This document shows positions 27,178-37,349 of a stretch of DNA of 64,000 nucleotides, one piece after another. The stretch's first letter is position 1, and the number at the start of each line of letters is the position of its first letter. The translations under genes and the position numbers were made by a program. The DNA lies in assembly GCF_018350175.1 (NCBI RefSeq), contig NC_058368.1, forward strand, positions 117,740,001 to 117,804,000, read 5' to 3'. The notes below the pieces were generated by a model that worked only from the letters and a program-made list of their open reading frames with translations, made no database searches and was not told where the DNA came from. Origin of the DNA: Felis catus (lineage: Eukaryota).

Positions 27178-28187
27178 TGAATTGAGTTTTCTAAAAAGCA
27201 GGACTCACAATATACATATGAACAGATGAATGAAAAAGGAATCAGGGTTCCAGAAATAAGCACATGTATGTAAGGAGATTCTGTATATGATGGACACTTT
27301 TTAAATGCTTACTCAACAAATGGTATGAAATCTAGCTAACCTTCAGAAAAAAATGGATTCCTACTGTATTCCTTACCCCAAAATAAACTGAACTTGATCA
27401 AATATGTCTATGTAAGAAAGAAAAGTACTAGGAGAAAATACAGGTGAGTGTTTTCATGATCTTAGGGGTGAAGGAAGAGTTTCCTAAATTAAAGCCAGAA
27501 GTCATTAAAAAAAAAAAAAAAAGGAGACACAGATTTGATTATGTTTTTTGAAAGTACAAAAAACTTCAGCACAGCAAAAATTCTTCCTCTCCCCTCTTCC
27601 CTATTTACCCACTCTACCCAAATTTGATGAATTCTTCAGAATGAAGCTAAAATTGCCTTCCCATGTGGCATGTTTCCCGACCACTCATGCACCTATGACT
27701 GCGCCTTCCTTTCCTGAACTTCTCTTGAATTTGGTCAAAAACACACGGATGGAAAGAGGAGGTGGATTTGCATCCTACCTACAACTCCAGACAAACAGCA
27801 ATGACCCCTCAGAGCCCTGTGTTAAGAATTCTTACCTGCACCTGACCTCAGTGGGAGCATTGTGGGCAATTGTGGCTCTCTGTCGTGCACACAGGAAAGG
27901 TGACGTGAGTCACATGCATCTCCCTTGCCTTTGGGCATCCCAGTATAAGCACCCAAAGCCTGGGCACCACTTCTTACACTTCTTGTTCTTCTTACTGATA
28001 TGTGTTTGTGTTGTTACTACTGTTACTGATTTTCTGTCCCTTCAGAGTCTTCCATGGAGTTATGCACAAGGGTACCCAGTAAGTGATATAATAATAAGGC
28101 AAACAACCCTATTCAAAGGATATGATAACATTCTGAAAGTCATGCTTTCCAGGAGCATAATGGTTCCCAGGAACAGAAAGTATCCCA

Positions 28188-28385
28188 GGGCGCCTGTGTG
28201 GCTCAGTCGTTAAGCATCTGACTTTAGCTCAGGTCATGATCTCACAGTTTGTGAGTCTGAGTCCCACATTGGGTGAGCTCCAGCCCGGCTTTGGGTGAGC
28301 CCTGCTTCTCTCTCTCTCTCTCTCTTTGCCCCTCCTGGGGATTCTCTCTCTGCCCCTCACTCACTCATGCCCTCTCTCTTTCTGA

Positions 28386-28414
<29 letters not shown>
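28188..28414 (+). mobile_element. Variant Can-SINE with (GAAA)n tail
   Basis: Standard head, atypical middle (gggtgagctccagcccggctttgggtgagccc); near-TSD agaaag(t/a)atccca. Confidence 0.85.
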
Positions 28415-28421
<7 letters not shown>

Positions 28422-31400
28422 ATCCCAAACCTGACCTCTCGTTTCTGGTGTGGGCCAAGGAGGGTAGCAGGGAGTGGACGCAATAGAAATAGGCCCCTCT
28501 TTACTTTTATTTAAACAAAACCTATTTATCTCCAAGCTATACTCACTGTACGTGGGCTTTATATGTGGGCAGAAAATGGAGGAATTTTTTTAAGCAGAGA
28601 AAGCTGCCCATGGAGTAAGAATTAAATATGTGCTCACTGAATGAGTGATTGCATGAATAAAATAAGAGAACTGGAAACACCTCTACTGTGACAAGATGCT
28701 TCATGGAGCTCAAGCATCGCAGGAGCCTGGCGAGAAGCTAGTAAACATGTCTTTGTATTAAGACAAGCTCCGGGTCAACGCAGGGGCAGAGACTCAACTG
28801 GGCAATCCTCCCACAGCCAGACGACGCTGTCTCCCTGCCCCCTCAATTCTGCTGGCTGATGGAAACTCTTTCTGACTCTTTCACGCACCCCGTGCCCCAT
28901 TGCAGCCGTCATGCGCCCGGGCTTGCCACTGCTTTCGTAGCCATCCTGATCTCATCTCGGCACACAAGGAGTTATCCGCAGAAAGCCGAGGCCAGGAAAA
29001 CTCCCTGGGTCTCTGTGGCTGGAAAATCTGTGTCACCAGAGGTATCACTAGAGAATTCATCCCTTCCGCTCCCTGGATTTTGAAGATTCAGGGAACACAT
29101 GCAAAGCCTCGTGATAGTTCCCGGTATTTGCAATTTACAAAGTACTTTTACGTACATTGTCCCATTTAGTTGGTCTTCAGAAGGTAAAAGACTAGACCAC
29201 ACCTGTTAGCTTGAAATCAGGCTGCCTCAGATCAATTGTTGCCAAAGATTGCATGAAAGGTCTTTTTTTTTTTTTTTTTTTTTTTTCCTGCTGGCAACAG
29301 GCACTTCTCTCCCCTCCCCAAGAAGGAAGTCTAATATCCAGATGGGAGGAAAGCTCATCTTCAGGCCACCAGGTTGGGCAGGAAGGGCTACGCCCCAGGC
29401 AGTGGTGTCTGTTTTGGAAGGGAGACGGAGTGACATTTTTAGGCTGCAAGTCTCTTCTGGGGGAGCTGGGGACAGATCTATTTTTGGATACATTCTGTGC
29501 CACCCACGAAACACTCGAAAGGTAACCAAGAACCTGGTGGGTTTCTTGTGGGGAAAGGTGTGAAGGGCGGGGAGCTTCAGCGTGTTGTGAGTCATGAAGT
29601 TTGACTTCATCATCAATCAGATGCAGCAAGAGCACGATGCCCCCCTCCCCCTTCTTCTGAGTCACAGTTTGGTTGCATGACGACAGCACATCGGGGATGG
29701 CACAAATCCTCAAATCACAAAAGATCGGGCCACAGGCTCTCAGAGTACAGGAGGCCAGGGTGATGTGTGTTAACCCAAGGTGGTAGATTGTATGGTTCGA
29801 GGAAGGAAGGAAGCTTATGTTAAGGATCAGCTCTGCCACTTCCTGGCTGTGTGATCACAGGCATGTGACTTAACCTCTCTGAGCTCAGCTTCCACATCTG
29901 TAAAATGAAGGATCAAATCAAATGATTTCAAAAGCCCTTTCCCCTCTCATCTTCTGTGGTACACACATAGGCAAGATAACTACCTCCAGCAACTTGTTCC
30001 CTCCTCAAGAGAATAGAGATAAAATAGGTTCCAACTTGTGTTTGTTTGCTTTTTTTATGAAACATAGAAAATGTAAATTGTTTGGCACAGTCTCCAGCAT
30101 AAAGGACGTGTTCAGTGTGTATGAGTTATTAAAGTAGTGTTCTTGGGGGCAGTGACATTGGAGGTAACCTTTTCAGGGAAGTGAACAAAAAAAAGTGTGT
30201 CTTTAAATTTTTATGGTAAGAAACATCAATGGCAATTTAGGCCGATATTCTGGATGACCTGTAGACTAGTATATTGGCCATGTTTGCTTAGAGTGACACT
30301 GGCTCAACAGGTAAAGGAACGACAAGGCAAGAGGATGTTTGGTGTTTCAAGAACGAAAACCACAACTTCCATTCAGCCGCCAAGTTGGTGGACAATTGTA
30401 CTATTTGAAATTGAAATTGGTGGTTTTGTGACCTGTCTGGTCACGATCAGCTCTGGAAAGTCTGAGTTCCAGGGGGCCGTCCCACCTTGCACTATTACTC
30501 TCCCATGGTACAGCTGACTCTAGGGGAGTAATCTGGCATAGAGCAAAGGCTCTATCTACGGGCTTTGTTACTGAAGATGTCGTGAATGAAGGAGAGCCCC
30601 ACACAGACATAATGTTAGAGGAGTTCCTGAATCATTTGGCCAGGATTTCAACACCGCTTTAAAACTAAGGTATGATTTCCTGGTCCTCATGCAATCTTAT
30701 TTAGAACAAGAGAGTCTCCCTTGTTCTTTGCCTGAGGCCTGCTCTAAGTCACCCAGACAGAGTTCCCTGAAGACCCGTGGCAACCAGTATGCATGCCCAC
30801 GAGCTGTGGCTGAGCTTAAGCCAACATCGGCTTCTTGCAGTGGGGGTCCCTGCGGGCAGCTTGTCTTTGGTGTCATAATTAGCACAAGCTGTTTCTCCCC
30901 TGCCATACCACGGGCAGTGCAAATCTCCTAGCTTCAGTATTTCCCTTGTGTAATCCTGTTTCTTATGATACTCCCTAAACACAGTGAGAAAACTACCCAC
31001 TTGGGAAATGTGAGAAACCCTTTTCTTACCTTAGGAATCAGCCTGAGGGTTGGAGAATTAAGGGCTTTCCCTAGTCACCTTGTTCTTGTGTTCAAGGCAC
31101 TTAGTTCAAGCATTTGGTTGGTACGTTGTGTCCAAAGATGAGAATCACACACTTGGTTTCCCTGTGGACACTTCACTGTTCTTCATTCCTCATTTCTTGG
31201 CCACCCACAACACCCCTAAATGTATGGTGAGCCACTTGTCAGGGGTGGGATCACTTAAAGATTTTATGGGAATGCATAAAATGTATATTGCCCAAATGCA
31301 GGGTGGGGGGTGTTGTTTGCATAGACTATAGTGGCCTGGCTACATCTGGAGTGGGTCAGTGCACAATTTACACAATCAAATGTGGCAGTCAATACATGGA

Positions 31401-31844
31401 GGACCAGTTGTAGCATCTCCCCTGGCAGGAGGGATTCCCCAAAACTTAAAGCATGTGCGTATTCTGTTGAGGACAGAGGGGTCAGGTCAGCATCTTTATA
31501 ACTAAATGTTAGTGAGGTTCCTTCTCTATCAGATGTATAACCAATCAGGTCTCCACTTATTGGGTGGCAAATTTATGGTGAGCTTGTAACGTGTATAACT
31601 TCATTTTTGTGTTAAACTCATTCCTGATGTTATTTCAATCCTACAAGGGCCTATTATATGCCAGGCTCTGTTCCTATGGAGATAACAGTGAACAAGAAGG
31701 CAAGGTCTATTTCATGTTGCTATTCTTGTTTTGCTTTTCCTTTCTTATCTACTTCTAATATACGATTTTTTTACTTGTATTGCAATCACTTAAATCCTCT
31801 TTGGATCAAGACAGTGTATAAAATAAGTAAACACTATAAACATA

Positions 31845-32595
31845 TGTGTACCTAACACTAAAGCACTAAACTATATGAAGCAAAACTGACATCAGTGAAA
31901 GGAGAAATAGACAATTCTACAATAGTTGGGAGACTTCAACAATCCACTTTCAATAATGGCTAGAACAACTAGGCAGAAGATCAACAAGGAAACAGAAGAC
32001 TTGAACTTCACCATAAGGCAACTAGGCCTAATAGACACACCTATAAACACATCTACCCAACAATAGCAGAGTAGATGTTCTTTTCACATGAACATGGACC
32101 ATTCTCCAGGACAGACCAAGGGCATACCACAAACTTCAGTGAACTGAAAAGGATTGAAATAATACAAAGTATGTTCTCCAATCACAATGGAATGAAGTTA
32201 GCAATCAATGACAAAAACAAACGTGGGGAATGCACAGATAAGTCAAAATTAGACCACATACCAAGTAACCAGTGGGTCTAAGAAATCACAAGTGAAATTA
32301 GAAAATACTTGGAAATGAGGGGGGCTCATTTGACTGGGGGGCTCAGTCAGTTAAGTGTCCAACTCTTGGTTTTGGCTCAGGTCATGATCTCATGGTTTGT
32401 GAGTTCGAGCCCCGCATCAGGCTCTGTACTGACAGTGCAGAGCCTGCTTGAGATTCTCTCTCTCCTTTTTTCTCTGCCTCTTCCATGCTCTCTTTCTCTC
32501 TCTCTCTCAAAATAAATAAATAAACTTTAAAAAATTTAGAAAATACATGGAAATGAATAAAAGACATAACATGCCAAATCTTATGATATGTTAAA
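31845..32595 (+). mobile_element. L1 ORF2 (endonuclease region) fragment with inserted SINE 32319-32535
   Basis: gaaaggagaaatagacaattctacaatagttgggagacttcaac; peptide IEIIQSMFSNHNGMKLAIN; SINE TSD ttagaaaatac(t/a)tggaaatga. Confidence 0.88.
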
Positions 32596-32989
32596 TAACC
32601 ACCCTTAGCATTTCTTAATTTCATTTTGGAGAATAAATGAGAAACCACAGTATTCTTTTTATAGTTTCCGGTCTTAGGCAGAAAGCCACAACAATTGCCC
32701 ATATTGGTGCTCAACTAATATTTGTTGAATGAATAAATAAATCAATTGCATTCCAGGTGCAAGAAGGTAAGCTAAGGAATCAGAAATCTCACGGCGGATC
32801 CCTAACTGACCTACATTGTTCCTCTGGCTTATTTTTTTTGCAGAAGCCATTTATATTTTAAGATCTTTTATAAGTTCCCATCCTCTTCTCTCTCCTTTGC
32901 CTCTCCATTAGGCCTTCTGCCTTACTCTGTGGTTTAAATTTCCCACTCAAGCTCTTAGTGGATAAACTTTTTTTGTCCTGCTAGGAAGC

Positions 32990-33328
32990 TAGGGTTTGGC
33001 AGACTACTGCCTGGGGCCAAATCCAGCCTACTACCTGTTTTTGTATGATCTGAGAGTTAAAAAAATAATTTTTTACATTTTTTACATAGTTGAAAAAAAT
33101 CAAAAGAAGCATATTTCATGACACGTGAAAATAAGAAATTCAAATTTCAGTGTCCATAAATAAAATGTTATTAGAACACAGCCATGCCAGTTTGCTTGGT
33201 GTTGTCTAGGGCTGTGTTCACAACACAGTGGCAAAGTAGAATAGTTATGACAGAAAGCTTGTGGCCCACAAAGCCCCAAATATTTACAGTACTGTGTATC
33301 TCTTTACGTAAAAGTTTGCTGACCCCTC
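32990..33328 (+). mobile_element. MER58B-like hAT-Charlie element
   Basis: Termini agggtttggcagact...agtttgctgacccct; internal gggccaaatccagcct and tggcccacaaagccccaaatatttac. Confidence 0.85.
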
Positions 33329-33520
33329 TTCTAAGTTTTTGTACAAGCGTACTCATGACCTGGTGTGCCTTTCCCCCCATCATGGGAAAGCCTTTTCCTC
33401 ATTCAAAACCCTCTCTCTTCCATCCTTACCGGATTATCACAACTGATCCCATAATTCTTTTCACCATCTTTAGTTAATATAGCCCAAGACAGCTGTAATT
33501 AAGTTGCAAATGTTATATTT

Positions 33521-33707
33521 AAAATTTTTTTTTCAACGTTTATTTATTTTTGGGACAGAGAGAGACAGAGCATGAACAGAATCGGGAACAGGCTCCAGGC
33601 TCCGAGCCATCAGCCCAGAGCCTGACACGGGGCTCGAACTCACAGACCGCGAGATTGTGACCTGGCTGAAGTCGGACGCTTACCCGACTGCGCCACCCAG
33701 GCGCCCC
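33521..33707 (-). mobile_element. Young felid SINE with internal deletion
   Basis: TSD caaatgttatattt; lacks the ggggaggggcagagagagagggagac segment. Confidence 0.93.
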
Positions 33708-35864
33708 ACAAATGTTATATTTTTAAAACAGGTCTTGAACATGTGTTTACTGTCTTCTCTATTTCATTGTGAAGACTCCAAGGATGAGGCTGGTCCCTCT
33801 ATGTCTTATATTCTCCTCTACATATGGAGAAGTGTTCAAGTTTTGTTATCGGACAGATCTAAGTTTGCATTGTGGTTCCACCATTGCTAGCTGAGCAAGT
33901 GATGTACGTCTCCTGAATCTCTCTACCTGCATTGGGCTGTTATGAGGATTAAGGAGGTGATGTAGGGAAGGGTCCAAGACCCAGGAGGTGCTCCACAAAC
34001 CATGGTAATTATCAGTAGATAATGTCTTTATTTATAATATGAAGGTACTACCTTTGCCTTTAATGAAACTCAGTAATGTAATGAGAATTGAAAGAAGTAG
34101 TAAGTAAGTGGAAATGGAAATGCATGGTTCGGTTGGAGCCCTGTAAAGATTAGCTGGAGACATTCAAGGCCTGAAATGAGATATTAGACCAATGAGGCTT
34201 TGTTTAAAATTTAACAAACCCTTCTTGGTTACTTACTGAGCTCTAGGACAGGCCTCAGGTGGATGGATGTGAGAGACAGAAGACCACATCTATTCTGGAA
34301 GAGATTCTTATCTAAATTGGGGAGGGGGAGGGAAACAGATGCTTTTACTCGTCCATAATATTTCTCTTCTCTCAGGATGGATGACTCAGAGTCAGCAATT
34401 CACATAAAAAGTATTGCACATGGAAAGTATTACTGCTATTCTGTGGGGAAATAAGTCTCTAAGTGCAGTAATCTGAAATTAATAACTTTCTCTGTGGAAA
34501 CTCTCTTTGACAACATCTCAAGATGAAGCCAAAGAGTGCAATTTTTATAGCCTTGGATTATCTTCTCTGTCTGCTTGGCTTGCAGCACGCATGGATCTGT
34601 GAGTCAGAAACTCAGAGTTTTCCCCTTCACTGTACAGTTTGCTTGCCAACTGGAGACCTTATACGGTGGTGACTCAGTTTCTCAATTTCCCAATTTACCC
34701 CTCCATTGAATCAACACAAATCATCTCCGTTTACTTCTTAAAAGCTCTTGGGGGAACTCGGAGGCAAAAAAAAAAAAAAAAAAAAAAAGACCAAGTCTTT
34801 ACTGTTAACACAAAACACTTCGGTTCAGGATATCAGAAAAGGAGTGGGAAAGGGAGATTGGAGGCTGCAGATGAACTTTTTTTTCTTTCAAAAGAAAATA
34901 TTCCAGTGAGAAAGCCCAGTATTTATATTATGTTCATATGCAGGGAGTGTACAGCTATTGAGGGAGAAAGTAATTTAGGAAGGAGGTAGACTGGAAGGGT
35001 AGCAACATCTTTTTCCACAAACGTCACAGCGCTGTAGACCTGCGTAAAGATGGCAGCTGTTGCTCCGAAAGCCATATGCGGCAGCACAGACATCTTTTTT
35101 ATTCCCTCTTACACGTAAATTGAGATAATCTGGGCAAAGAAATCTGGATTTCTACTTTCTCTTGGTGAGATTTCAATTCATTTGAAATTAGACATTTTTT
35201 TTCCTTATATAAGACCACAAGATAGGGCATTATGTGTGGAATGATTCATGGTACCTTATTACATTTAAAGGTTGTTTTTCTGGATTAAAAACAAGGGACA
35301 GAATAAGGAGCGTACCACTTTGAGACTCTCAGATTGGCAGGTTGCTGGATTTGTTCGCTCCCCCCCAGGGTGTAAATATGTGAGCCTGACACTTGGGTAT
35401 TGGGACAGACGTGTAGGAGTTTGGAAACTGGTAGAGAACTCAAAGTGAGGAAGATAAAAATCTAGAATTTTTATTAATTACAATCGGCTTGTATATGCAG
35501 AACCCTCAGGGTAGGTTCAAACGCAGCTCTGTTTAAAAATATGTAGTTAACTAAACTTGAAAATCAGAAGCTAAAACAATGATCATCTTAATGCCAACCC
35601 TAGACTACTGACTTGGGAAGGCAATCAAGGAGAAATGGGAATTGCAACAAGCTTCAAAGATGCGGTTTTTTCTGTGTTGGACTCATGGGTAGAAGCAATT
35701 CCAGATGGCTGGGTGTGACAGAAACAGCAGACCTCAAATGCCTGGTATATAGCTATACTGTGGTAGGTGCTATAGGAGATAGAAAAATATTTAAAAGATA
35801 CATACTTTCATCTTCACAGAGTTCATAATTTGGTTGCATGATAATGGTTAAGAACGCTGGTTTT

Positions 35865-36091
35865 GGGGCGCCTGGGTGGCGCAGTCGGTTAAGCGTCCGA
35901 CTTCAGCCAGGTCACGATCTCGCGGTCCGTGAGTTCGAGCCCCGCGTCAGGCTCTGGGCTGATGGCTCGGAGCCTGGAGCCTGTTTCCGATTCTGTGTCT
36001 CCCTCTCTCTCTGCCCCTCCCCCGTTCATGCTCTGTCTCTCTCTGTCCCAAAAAAATAAATAAACGTTGAAAAAAAAATTAAAAAAAAAAA
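35865..36091 (+). mobile_element. Young felid SINE inserted in a MIR, ~1 kb upstream of NDFIP1 exon 1
   Basis: CpGs intact, long A tail, perfect 15-bp TSD aagaacgctggtttt (35850-64 / 36092-106). Confidence 0.97.
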
Positions 36092-36497
36092 AAGAACGCT
36101 GGTTTTACATTCCGGCTTTACCTCTCACTGGCTCTGTGTTCTTGGTTAAGATTTTTAAGCTCTTCAAGCATAATTTCCTCACCTGGAAAACACTGATAAT
36201 TGTAGCTCCTATATGGCAGTTCTGCCTGCTTCCTTTCAGTTCTTCCGCTAGGCAAGCTCTCGTTCCCCTCACTGCCTTTGCAAATATACCTGTTACCTGG
36301 AAAGCTCTCTGCATGGCTGAATCTTTAGAGTTTGGCCATTCGTGTCACCTCCTCAGAGCGCTCTGGTTCAGAAAAATAGCATGTCTACGTCCACAGATGA
36401 GGCTGTCAAAATACTAAAGGACTGAATAAAGATGAGTATGCTATTATCATCTACCCTAACTAGGCTTTGTTTGAAATCTAAAGCGTTCTGGAGGATG

Positions 36498-36687
36498 TTG
36501 GGTCAGAAAACTTTTCTGTAACGGGCTAGATGGCACGTAATTTAGGGTTTGCAAGGCAGTACTCAACAAATGGGAGTGGCTGTGTTCCAATAAAACTTAA
36601 TTGATGGACAATGAAATTTGAATTTCTTATACTTTCTACCGACACTGGACCGGATTTGGCCTCTGCCCCGCGGTTGACAGACCCCTG
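36498..36687. mobile_element. MER58-like hAT-Charlie element directly upstream of the CpG island
   Basis: gggtcagaaaacttttctgtaacgggctagat...ggctgtgttccaataaaactt...ccggatttggcc...gacccctg. Confidence 0.75.
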
Positions 36688-37109
36688 ATCTACGAAAATG
36701 GCAGACAAGAAGGGAGTTGGAAAAGAACGGAGATTGCACAGCAGGCATCAGGGATCAGACCGCTGCTGTGCCAGACTCTCAGCCTCCCCGAGCGCCAATG
36801 ACTTCTTAAACGGGGCTGTGGCCCCCATGTCGGGGTGTGAGATGAGGGTTAGATGAGAACACACAGGCGAATCTCAGAGCTCACACGGGGTGCTCCTCGG
36901 TGAATAATTCCTTTTCAGCGGCTACGCCTCGGACGCTTCAGCCCCCGGGGCTCGGGAGGAGGGGCGGCCCCCACCCCGAGCGGCTGCTCGGCGGGACCAG
37001 GGCGGCGGCGCGGGGCGAGGCCGGGCCGGGCCGAGGCGCGCGGCGCGAGTCGGGGGCGGGGCGGCGGCGCCGCCGCGTCGTCGTCGTCCCCGCCTCCTCC
37101 CCAGGGGCC

Positions 37110-37286
37110 GCGTCGGAGCCTCAGCGGCGGCGCTCACAACCCGAGGAGAGCGGCTTGCCTGGAAGCGGCGGCGGCCATCGAGACCCACCCGAGGCGCGAC
37201 CCTCTCGGCCTCCGCGCTCCCAGGCCGCTGTGCCCGCGTCCCTTGAGCTCGCTTGCTCACCTTTCTTCTCTGCGGCCAGCTGCGCC
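37110..37286 (+). other. NDFIP1: NDFIP1 5' UTR (start approximate)
   Basis: GC-rich, ATG-free leader (gcgtcggagcctc...gcggcggcggccatcgagacccaccc...ctgcgcc) resembling the recalled human NDFIP1 leader; the TSS cannot be fixed from sequence. Confidence 0.7.
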
Positions 37287-37349
37287 ATGGCGTTGGCGTT
37301 GGCGGCGCTGGCGGCGGTGGAGCCGGCCTGCGGCAGCCGGTACCAGCAG
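37287..37349 (+). CDS. NDFIP1: NDFIP1 (Nedd4 family-interacting protein 1), coding part of exon 1; gene continues beyond the window
   Basis: Strong Kozak gcgccATGG; translates MALALAALAAVEPACGSRYQQ, matching the recalled mammalian NDFIP1 N-terminus; followed by a phase-0 donor CAG|GTGAGC; lies in a CpG island. Confidence 0.96.

Noticed and set aside
27548..28213. 221-aa ORF
   Set aside because: Non-ATG start, begins in L1-like sequence, ends in a SINE, no recognisable domain
29192..29839. 215-aa minus-strand ORF
   Set aside because: Non-ATG start within a MIR, crosses a poly(A) tract, no homology recognised
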